A DNA stretch of 64,000 nt from Tubiluchus corallicola (Eukaryota > Animalia > Priapulida). The stretch spans positions 124,001-188,000 of the forward strand of contig JAQGDQ010000292.1 of assembly GCA_030141605.1 (NCBI GenBank). The letters run 5' to 3'. The notes under the pieces were generated by a model, which ran no database searches, was not told the origin of the DNA, and saw nothing but the letters and a program-made list of their open reading frames with translations. Below are positions 25,701-38,000 of this stretch, piece after piece (within the stretch, counting starts at the first letter, position 1; each line of letters begins with the position of its first letter). Position numbers and translations under genes: made by a program.

Positions 25701-28700
25701 ATTCGGCAAATATCCCAGCGATTCAGATAAGGGTTAATAAATACTGGTTGCGCTTGACTTCGCTATCAGATAATGCACTGCGCAAGGAATCTAATGTTTT
25801 GCTAATGGTTAAAAGAAGTACTTTCTGATATTAATTTCTCCTTTTATTAAAAAATGATATAGTGTCACTGTGTATGAATACTTTGTATATTGCTGAAGTA
25901 ACACAAGCTTCTTATGTTACTAACTGGAAAATGTATTAGCTGAAAAGTCATTTTACAGTAAATTTAAAACTTCTTTTAAATTGGAAATGTATTTGGCAAA
26001 TGTGAAGAATGCTAAAGATCGAAAAACAGTTGCTAAACTTAGAACAAGCACTCTCTCACTCACTGACTATTGAAATTTGGGGGTCTATAAAACTCATCGC
26101 GGCAGTATATATTCCAGAATTTTACTTTTTAAATATTTTTGACGAATTAATTCGTATGTCATATTATGTCAATGTTCGCAAATGCATGTAAAATTTTCTT
26201 ATATGCATTCCTGTTATTTAAACAGCTCTGTTGGCCAAAAATCAATAAAATAATTATTATACATGTCCTACAGAATTGAGTAGTAAATCTAATATCCGAC
26301 AGATGGCGCAACAGCCTTCGTTTTCAATCATCAAGTGGGAGCAGACAAATACGATTAAGCAAAAAAACTTCTTTAAATCCGATTACATCCAAACCATGTA
26401 AAGGAAATAGTTCTATTGTAGTTTGCATATTATAGTCTACTTTAATAGATAAATAAATCACTGTATTCTTGATAGTCAAAGAATACTGAAAAAGGTATTT
26501 CCCTTTATTCATTAATCAAAAGACCTTGAATAATGAATAAAACAAGTCTGTGTATAAGATAACAGGAATTCGGTTTTTCACTTAGTAATTAAAGTTTTGA
26601 ATTCCATGGAGAAACGAGGTTCTAACGTTTCTAACGTTTGTTGATTACTGATGTATATTAAAATAGTAATTGACCGATTTCCAGAAAAAGTACCACTGTT
26701 CCGGGTGTGGGCGAGGGGAAGTGCTATCAGAGTGGTGAATTCTGAAGGCATCCGAACACAGACACGCAAAAACCCCAAATTGCCTTCTCTCGGAAACAGA
26801 CAAGCAACAACAAAGGGTAATATAGATTAAAGGCATAATTTTGTTATTGTAGGATTTCCCGAGGTGCGGACCTCTGTAAAGAAGACTGGTTAGAAATTTG
26901 GCAAGTTTGGCCAGAATCTGAGGGTGGTCGAGAGGTGTTGATGGGACGCTATTGTAGAGAACTCGTACCAGGACCTGTAGTTTCTGAGCCTGGCGTTACC
27001 ACGTACGTATAAATACATACTGTCATCATTAAAATTTTTATTAAGAAGTAAGTTAATGCGTCCCAGTTTTTGTCAAGGACATAACCACTTTCAAACTTGC
27101 TTTATCATCGCCAGTAAGGACTGGTTGGATCATAACTCCGTCAGGGCTGTAGTACCTCACTTGACAAGTAGGCCTCGGCTTCTGGCGGAATTAATTATTC
27201 TTTTGTAATTACAAAAAAAGGTTGCATGGTAAACGAGTTGCAAACTGGCAGGTTCTTCTTGTATGCTATAAGGCAAATGTGACGAAACCAACTGCTTGAA
27301 CATTAGAAATAGAAAAAATGTGAGGAAAGGGATCAGCCATCCCTATTGTCAGTTACGGTTCCTAGACAAGTGCATTTATACGCCCATTTTACATTCAGTT
27401 CTTATAAGAATCGCAATATTTTTTCATAATAATTGCAAAATTCGCACTGTTTTGTGCAAGACATTATCGATATTTTAGCAACGAAAGCCTGCTAAGTTCA
27501 CTTAATACTTTCTACTACTGTTGCTATTATGTACACAGTTGCTAGGGAAAACAATTTTCAAGTCGTTACTATAGCAACTGCCACCATTCCTTTGTATTAA
27601 GCTTTGCTGTCAGTTCCCATAATGGTAAAAATAGTTTTCCCATACTATTTTTCAAACTAACCTTGCTATCAATGCCGTTGCTAAGGTTGCTTAAAGGCAA
27701 CAAATTTATGAGACTAACATTTTGCGTTATCAGCCATAGATGGCAGGCTAGACGGCATTAAATAATACTCAATAATCAAAAAATCAGCAGCGACATGGTT
27801 GCTAAGGCTAATTCTGCGTGGGACAGTCCTAAAATTCAACCAGCCCTAAAAAATTCCAAGTTGACCAAGGCCAATTCATGGGGAATTTTTTCTGTAATAC
27901 TACCTAACATCCTGATTCAGGAAAAACAGAAAGCATTTGTATTACAGTTAAGTCCCAAAACACTGTTCCCGATCGGCCTAATTGCACAATATCAATAACC
28001 ACTTTCGCAAAGCGTTTATTATATGGTACGGAACAGGAGTCTCCATCTATTAAAAATGGTCATATTAACGGGAAGCTAGACTAGCTTTGAATACAGTTTT
28101 CAAGTACTTTATTTCATTAATGATATTGTAAGATTCAGTTTATTCAATTTCAATTTAATCAGTTTATTCAATTTAAATGAACATCAATCCATAACATTGC
28201 CTTGCAAACTTTTTATCAATTTTTATTGAATAACTGGCATACAGAAAATTTTAAATCCTAATGGGAAGCATATAATCGATAGAAAGCGTGAAAATATTTA
28301 AACGTCAGTAAACTTTAATTAACTGCGGAAAAGTATAAAAGATATGCTGTCAGAATCATTTTTCAGTTTAACAAAGTTTACATAACTAGGAGAAAAAGAA
28401 AACTAAAAACAGCCTCTATAATACGTGTAATTAATTACTGGATTATAGAATTAAGTTATAAATTGCATTTTATACACTTTTTGAGTCTTCTAAGATTTGT
28501 AACATTAAATCAATAAACGCATTTCGCAAAAAAATTCGAGATATGTGTTGTTTTATTTGCTGTTACTGATCTTACGGTAATAATTATGGTTAAATTAATA
28601 ATACAATGACGAAAAATTGAATAATGCCTGAAAGAAAACATTTTTTCATTTGAATATAATTAAAGATAAGTGTCCAAGCCATATACATATATTTAAGGAA

Positions 28701-31700
28701 AGCTGTGTTAAGGCCGCAAAATAAATGGCAACCCTAATAAAATTCATAAAATAATATTTTTAATGTGAATTAGTAATTAAATGAAACACATCTTAGACGT
28801 GTAAACTACCTAAGTGAAGCAACACCTAATGTTTTTATACTTCAATTTTTTATTACGCCATTATTGACAAAGCATTGTAGCTACGTACATAAAGGTGCTG
28901 TCAAGTAATAATATATAATGAAAAACTCTTATAGCCATTTATGTTATTAACTTTGAAATTAATCAACTGATCAGGATTATTCAAACTGATGTTTAAATAT
29001 TAAATACGGTTAAATTTAAATAATTATGTAAATGCGCTGTCTATGATTATATTATGAATGAGTTCTTATTTTAATTGAAGGTTACACATGATTATAGTAA
29101 GTACTGTATAAAATAATGTCAGTCTTCTCAGATACTGTATAAGGTAATATTTGATATGTAAGTAATTAAATATTTGATACAATACAGATAATGTATTTTA
29201 TGAATTTAGTGTGCAATTTTTTACGCAATGTATTTTCAACATACTAGTGTCCTGGACCGGTCCACATTAACAGTACGTGTTTTGTGCGTACACGCTTCAT
29301 GAAAGATGAATCTGATTATATGGAAATTTTATCTCCAGCAAGGTTGGTGATGAATGGCTTCGTTAAGATGACCAACTACCGTTGCAGTTCATTACAGTTG
29401 GCTTCACCACGCGACCAAGCAGACGTTCTCTCCCCATCTTCATTCACACAGAAACAACGACCTACAATCAAACATACTTATATCCAATAATTAAATTTTA
29501 TATAATTGAACAGCATTATAACAGTAGCATTCTTCTGTTAATTAATGTGCCAAATAACTAAATGGTCGTTAAAATAGCATAAGATTGATTGTGAAAATTA
29601 GGATTAATTCTCCTGCTGTTCAATTTGGATTTTGTCCGTTTAAGTTAAGATCTATTAAAAACGACGTAAGCACGAAGTTTATCCAAGTTACGCAGACATC
29701 TCCTAGACTGTGCGCCTATGTCTCGCATATAGAATATGTATTTACCTTCCAAAGACTTTTTAACGAGTTTGTGTGATGAAGTAAAAGTGATTAGTTCGTT
29801 TCTTTTCGTGACTTTTTTTGTTCTCTTACGAAGTTACGCGATTTACGCCATAATTCATGTGATATGCTCAAAATCAGCTACATTTAATTATATTAGTGAT
29901 TTAGAACTATTAATGTTTACAGAAAACATGATCTAAAGAAATGAAACGTGAAAGGTCTAGCTGGATTTGAACTGTAGGCGTATTTGCTTATTTTCCAAAC
30001 TTTAATTACTACGGGTTTGTTTCATCAATAACTGATAATAAATCGTAATAGAATTGTATAATTAATTCCATTAATATAGCTGGTTTTAAGTAGATTACAA
30101 TGCAAAACACAAGGCCAGAATTTATCTGGATTTATCGTGTCCGCAGATAGATTGCAAGTTGAGAGTTATTTATAACCAAAGAGCAGACTGATCACCGAAT
30201 TGTTTCGTTTTATTGCCTCGCTGAATCCTCAAAAGAGCTGATTGTGTTCAGACAGGCAGCTAAGTTGATAGGCTTCAAGTACCAAGGTATTTAAGTAATA
30301 ACGTAAATTACAGAAACCCTTTTACGCACAAAAACGAGTAGCTATAAAAAAGTCGTTTACGTCTCTCAAAGATAACAACAAATTTGATCAATGAGAGTCA
30401 ATATTTATTTATACTCCTTCTACCCCAGAGCAATACGTTTGCGAAACTTCCAAAGGATATCAGAGAAATCACTAGCACCCTCTGCTGTTTCTACCATGAG
30501 GATGCCATCCTACCTAACCTGTCTGTAAATCTAACTGTGTTTTTAGCCCACACCCACCATGTTTGTTTTGCTTGTTTCACCTCTTTTCATAACCTGTAAT
30601 ACCATCACCAGTTAACGCGTTGCTTTTCTCAGCGTGTATACTAACCATGCGCACCCTAAGCTTCTAGTATGTCGTCAAAGACTTTTAGAAGTATATTATT
30701 CAAGTATTCAAGACTTAAGTAAAAAGACTGTTGCAGGACTTGATATATAAAATTAAAAACATTACAACTATAAATGAACTAGGGAGAAAGTATATGCAGA
30801 ACAGAATCGTGAGTCGAATGCTTTGTTTCTTTACAATCTATGGTCGGCAACAGTAGCTTGTTATCTGTTATCCTATTGATTTGTGCGTGAGTCAGAAATT
30901 CTTGATACCTGTACGACAAGCTAGGGAACGTGGTTGAATGCACACATTCACATGATGTGTAGAACTTTCCAAACGCACATAAAAATCAAATCGCAGAACA
31001 TTAAAAGGGGATTGTCAATAACTGCCTGTCAATAACTTCGACCTGTCTTTTACGCAGAAGCCAGTTTGCAAAATTGTTACTAAATGTTCTTTGCTAATTT
31101 TGGTTTTTAGTACGATACAACTTTTCAAGAGCTTTTAAAGGGAAATTTAAAATATCTTTCAAGAAGTTTAAAATCCCAATATTATTCCAATATTAACCAA
31201 TTGTTTGATGAAATATTAATCGCTTGTTTGATGAACTCAGGGGTCAGTAAATAAAAAAGGATAAACAATACGGCGGTATCCAGGACTTTAGTTTCCAACC
31301 CGCTTAGAAAGTGTTGAACGTTACTATGAGTTTTTACAAATAAACCAAGCGTCGCGTCGAACCAGTACTCACGTTAATTTAGCCAGATAGAAGAAGTTCT
31401 TCGCGGCATCTAATGAAGCTAAGACGTATACCTTGACGAAAAGAAACTTTCTTTGATGAACAAACCACAGCGGCTTTTCCTCATGCAAACTTCGTAGTTA
31501 CAAAACTGCAACGCTTATAACGATGTTCAGTCTAGAAGTCTTCTTACTAGTTTATTATTTGCTTTTCTTATTGACAGTGGGCCTAATCTTTATCAATTTT
31601 TGCACCCCTTTTATCTCAACCATCATCCGCGAATTCTATTGTTTATAAGTATGTACTACAAAGACGTCTGCAGACAGACAGAATAATAATTATTTAGGCC

Positions 31701-32006
31701 TTCATAACTGTTTGACTTACGATCTGTTGTGCACTGATTTGCCATATATTTTCCAGTCACTGCATCACAGTTGGGCACCCAGATATCATCCAGCACAATT
31801 GGTGCATCGAGTACAAGAGCAAGGTGCAGTTCACATCGGGTTATCCCATAAGGTATCCTGGCAATGGTGTCTGGAAGTACCCAATTTTGTGGAATTTGTT
31901 GTATGATGTTATTGAGATCTTCATGCCAGTCTAAATACAGACACAGCACCAGCTATTACAAACCTTATTACAAACCTTACAACTTGAATTAAAAGTCTGA
32001 ATGGCT

Positions 32007-32079
<73 letters not shown>

Positions 32080-35000
32080 ATTTTTTTAGTAAACTAATCT
32101 TATCTGCATATTATATATTAGCATATCCCAGTAGCCAAGCTCAATTCGCAAAACCCTGTATTTTCTGTAAAATGGAACTCAAGACGATGCTTATAAAAAG
32201 TTTTCAGCATTTAATGGATAAATAACTTGTGCCTATCCTACTGTTCAAGATTTAGGCCTACTAAGTTTTTATGAAACAGGGAAAATACGCCTTCGTGTAG
32301 GTCTAAATTTATTCCAATTAGTTTCCGAAAAGAAAAAAATATTATTTTACCTTTCTTAGACCTTTCTTTCTCCTGAAAAAGTAATGATGTATATAATTAA
32401 TGCATTAAATATACCCAGTAAGAATTAGGCTACATAATTATGTGATAATGGGATTAAAATAGCGATATTTTAATATTATAGTAAGCATTTATTAAAAAGT
32501 ATATAAAATTCTTCAGCATACTGCAAGCCAGAATTCAGCACTCAGTTCTGGGCCTTCTATAGTTGTTAAATTGCTGTAGCGCTACCGGATTCTAGCTAAT
32601 TACCAAAATAATCTTCTACAATGCGACAGCGAACTGGTATAAAATATTAACGCGTCCGGGTGTAGCCTGTACCAGTATGTACATCAGCATACATCCCAAG
32701 ACGTTGTAGAATTTAATATGCTACCTAATAAGTACTTTTCCCGTCAGTCACTCATTCATTTGCTAGTTAGGCTCAGTGTTGCTTAACTTTGAGGTTCAAG
32801 CACCAGCCGTGACCACTCAGATGTTTACCGCCTCAAAATGACAATTGTAAGCCTATACTACGTCAACTTATTATAGTCACAAATATTTAAAAACAGTGAC
32901 TTGAAATGATAGAATTATTTTCACCAAGTAAAAGCTGAATTGTACTGAAGAGCATTGGGATCAGGAGTCATGATATAAAAATGTTTTTCAGTTTGACAGT
33001 CATTATCTTGATAAATGATAATATTGAATTTTATGGTGATTATATCGAAATTTATGTCGTTAATATCAACTTTTATTCTGTTAGCGCTCATTTCTATCTG
33101 GATAATATCGACTTAATCTTGATAATGTCAGCACTTATGTTGTAGTGTCTAATTATTACTGTAGCCTAACAACTGACTGCCAGTGCAACTTTCTAGGTGG
33201 TAGCCAGGCCGGACAAGAGAGGGGACAGGGGGCAGTGCTACGAGGCCCGGGTATTGAGAACAACAGTTACCCCTTCTATGCCCAGAGGGAACTGAGGGTG
33301 GGCGGTCACGCAAACACTGTCCCGGGCCCGCAAAGGCTCTCGACGACCTTGGTGGTAGCTGTTTGAAGAAGTGAACTATTATACATATAATTGTCGCACT
33401 TTTTTGTTAATGCGTGCCAAATCTAATACATGCATTATTTCTGCCCATATCTCGGCTAACACCAAGAGTTTTGCAAACATTTACAATACTTCCACCTATA
33501 TGCAAATGGCACAATTCTCATACTGCTCAGCAATTTACTTAGTTATTTTCAGTATAAATTATCACTATGGTGTTTTTGACGGTATCTTCTATACTCCGCT
33601 AGAACATGATGATTTTTCCGGTCCGAATATGCTAGAAGCACAGAAAAATTTTCGGGCGCTCTTTAGCTCTATTTGGAAACACAGTGTGTTTCAGTAGACA
33701 TTTGCTAATTTAATTTTCAATTTTATTATCAGCTAATCGATCAGCGAAGTTCATCTCTTAGTAAATTGTTGCTCAGTAATTGAATCCACATGTTAATGAA
33801 GGTTTGTCTTCTGCTACCCTACTGACTGTAAATCAAAGATGCAAAATCGCTGCCTGGTAAGAAAGAGGGTGGTATATAGGCGCGAATTAAAAAAGCTGCA
33901 GCGAATTATAGAATTATGAATTATGAATTACAGACTTAGCTACCAAATTGTCACTTGTTCTCTGTTGCAATTGCAACTATTTTTAATATCAAAAAGACTT
34001 GAAAATAATGAGGAACTTTTGAAACATTCACCCACTACTTTGCAAGGAAAATCTGCTCGGTAGCTACTCATCCATTGTCTAATTCAGCATCACCTTTTAA
34101 GCACGCTCTTACAGATCAAATTAATATTACGAAGATAACAAAATAACAACATAAAACTTGATACTATCGGGTTAACTGTTGGTAGTAACGACATAAAATT
34201 CTATATCGTCAAGAAAAAGGTTAGTATTATCAAAATAAAACTCAATCTTATGAACAAAAAATCTCCATTGTCAACTTTAATGTTGATGTTATCAAGATGA
34301 AAAGCTAACAGTGTCATATAAAAATCGGAAATAGCTGATGTGGAGTTGATATTATAAAGACTAACATGTTGAGATATTCAACAAAATAAGATGATATTAT
34401 CAAAATTAAATGTCAGAAATTTAAAAAATATTTTTATTTTATGATCCTAATAACCTTTTTGACACGGACGATGTTTAGGCTATCTTAAAAAACTAAAACG
34501 ACAATAAAATCTGTATATGCTTACTTAATAGAGTGGATATTATGAAGAAAAATTGAATTTTTTCATAATTTCAATTTATAATTGGGATTAATGTTTATTA
34601 GGTATTTATGGCACAGCAAACAATTTGTTAAAACAAAAAAGAACTATTATGCAAAAAAACAATTAATATGATGGATAGACGTTTAAGACAATTAACAATT
34701 CTGGAAATCAACTGTGAATATTTCAAAGATACCGATATTGGAAACCTGACAGTTTTGTTGGCACTTTTTTCAATTTTTGTGTTATTTATAAAACAGTTAA
34801 TAATACAACATTACCGTAAAATCTTCTAACTTCTCATTAACGCTCCTTGCTTCTAATTTGCTGACAAGTAAAGTTGAAACGCACGCGGTAAAAAATAAGA
34901 AAGAAAGTTTTATTAACTCCATTTTAAATAACGTGTTTAAATAATATAGAATTTAATGCTTGTCTTAATGGTGTTGTATCAGACACTAAAGTGAGCGCTA

Positions 35001-38000
35001 CCGTAAACTGCGAAATCTGAATGCGCTGAAACACCTGCGCAACTTGACGGATGCAAGCAAGGTGTAGATCATGCAGCCTGCTCGTGATCAAGAAACTTCT
35101 TTTTTTCTGAAAACTGTGAATGAGACAACTGCCTCACCATTTTGCTGATTATGCCTGCTGTTTTATTGTAACTTTTGTAGTCTTTTTCTGAGTTAGTTTT
35201 TCTCTAAGTTCTTTCTTCGAATGTGAAGCCTTTCAAACACAGTTGCGTATAATTAACCATTACTACCCCATGGGTGGATATAGAGTCTATCTCGCTGTGG
35301 ACATCAGCTTAGCCATTGTTAGTTTGATTAATTGACAGCAAGCTTCATTACATGCAGCGATAAATCCATATAAGATGATTATCTCGTTAATAATGATGAT
35401 CATAAGAAATCTCTGAATCATGAAATTGTCTCGTTTCGATGCGCCTGCTATTATTGCGTCATCACCATTTATCTTCAAACATATGGGTAACGTTTATTAA
35501 ACTCTCAAACAGTGCAGCAGTAATAGCTTTTTGAGGACAATAAAAAAATTAAAATGTGTGTACGAAAATTAAGGCTTTCTAAAATGAATATAACGTGGTG
35601 TGATACTATGTAGCTAGCCTACATATTATGCGACGTCACGCAGAATATTTCTGTTTACATAAGTGGTTAAATGCCATGCCTAATTATATAATAAATAATT
35701 TCTTAATGCAGAATTGGAAATCATAAACACGCTAATGTGCTTCTATTTCATAATATGTGTGTGTGTGTGTGTGTGCGTGTGTGCGTGTGTGCGTGCGCGC
35801 ATGTGTGTGTATCTTAAAGTTAGGTGTTGCACGTACACTCAATGAACAGGTTATTTACCTTATTAGGGCAGCTACTTCAGCTAATTGAATCTTGCTCTAA
35901 TTGTTATTACCTGTTGCTGCTGCTGCTTATGTAAAGCAGTAATTACTGTTTGGAGGACTCCTCAAGTATAATCGAGCGTGAAGGAAATCATACACAGTTA
36001 AATGGACTTCTATAATTACATGCATCAAGTTGTGTGAGTATGATGTATAAGTTAAAATGTATCTATTATATGCAGCTAGGGCGCACCACCGTAGTCACAC
36101 CGTAATGACCATTAAAGGTCTAATATTTGTATCAATTATTGTAATATTTGCTATAATTTTTTCTCTGTAAATTGAACGTTAGCGATTTACGTAGAAAAGA
36201 AATAAACTTCTGGAAAATCTAAAAACTATGGTGATTACTAGAAAACGCTGGTTTTTCCTGATTAAGGTAAATCTTTTAAGAGAACTAGTATGGGCTTTTC
36301 ACCCGTGTCCTTTCTGACTACAGCTAAATCCATTGAAAATAGCAGATTTCGGGTAATGTTGATTATGATCAACTACTCGCCATTCATAATCGCATTAATA
36401 CTAAGACACTGCACCGTATAAGAAATACTTGATATATTTAAGAGAACTAGGTAAGACATAACTATCTACGTTTCGGGCTATACCTGTTATACCATGTTAT
36501 GTTAGAGTTTTACTTTTTATTTATTTTTTGTATACTCCTTATTTTCCCGCGACATGTTTCATTACAGACTGATATAGGATGATGTTCTACATACCTGCCA
36601 ATTAAAAACTCGGTTTAAGTTAATCGTACAGCCATAATAACGAACTTTTACTATATGTTAAACTCTTTAACTTTCATGTGCTATTTAGTATCGTAAAAGC
36701 TGTTTATTTCCACAAGTTGGATTTAGTCTTGCACTCCGTTTACATTGAAATGTGATTTGAGATTTGTTTTCAATTATTTTTTGTCTTCACTTATAAAAAG
36801 GGCTGTTTTTTACCATTACATGCTATGACAAAAATATACCGTTACTTGACAACAGAAAACATTTCTGCCTAGACAATCTGCGAATCGTTAATTAATCACC
36901 GAATATCTTTTTTCAGATTAAAAGTTTTGTTTCATTCTGATAATGTGTACAGAGCTAGCGGCTTCAGCGCAGCTTATCGTTTCATGCCAATAGTGAAGCC
37001 AAATGCACAGAGCTTAGAGTCAGGTGAGTAATCTTTTACAATCGCAATTTCACAATTAATTAGTGCCTTATAAAAAACTTATAAAAACAAGGACACGGTG
37101 CAATTTCACTAGCGGAACATAGCGATTGTTTGTCGGTTCTATCATTGTCAGTGACATTACAAACATTACTAAATTCATCTGCATGTAAACACAGCTGATA
37201 CATACTACTTTTTTAACTCGTCACTACCAGTTATTTCAATCATTTAAATGAAGTTCTAGTAATTAGTATTCAAAATAAACTAAGTCATTTATAAGGCTTT
37301 GGTTTCATTGATATAATCAACACTCTCGTCTAAAATGTCCTAAAAACACTTTATCAACATGTTTAATAAATGCTCGAGTTAGTTCCAAATCACACAAAAA
37401 CAAAATTGCACAGTCAAGAACAAAAGCATTGATAATACTCATAAGAACGTGTTCTTGCATTGACGTGCTTATGTAGTTTCTCTCTGAAATCATTGTAATT
37501 TGGACATTTTTATAACAAAGATGTACATGCAAGTATTTAAGTCGCCAGCAGTTTCATTCTTGAATAGTGTGGACACAGTACAAAAATATGGGTATTAGAT
37601 GGTTCAACCAAGTGCAGAGAAAGAGGAATCGTTACATAAAACTTCTAATAATTATATAGAGGGCTGGTGGCCCTTTTGCCTTGCGTTCGAAGTTGATTGA
37701 ACAACCAATCAGTTAAATTTTATGCTCTGTAATAACGCGGGCTTAATAATTATTTGCAATAATATTTTAGCTTGTGGTCGTAACATAGAAAAGCAGACGA
37801 CTGGTACGTTTGAGAGTCCCCAGTACAAAATTAAGTACACCGTGCAGATTCATTGTAACTGGGTGATTACTGTGAAGCCACGTCACCAAGTATTAGTTCA
37901 TTTTCCGCAGAAAGCCTGGCTTGCAGTGGAGGGCAACATGGCAAGTAAGTTACATTTAAATAATTATGAATGGATAGCTTACTGGTTTACGTTGTTGTTG

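Noticed and set aside
31757-31852. 96-nt frame-preserving + strand cassette exon of the CUB gene (ttccag ... AG|gtatcc)
   Set aside because: It would insert into the middle of CUB4. The block is fully explained by the - strand Tg1 exon.
35287-35478. Signal-peptide-like ORF (MIQRFLMIIII...) as first exon of the Tg1 gene
   Set aside because: No phase-compatible donor leads to the downstream exons.
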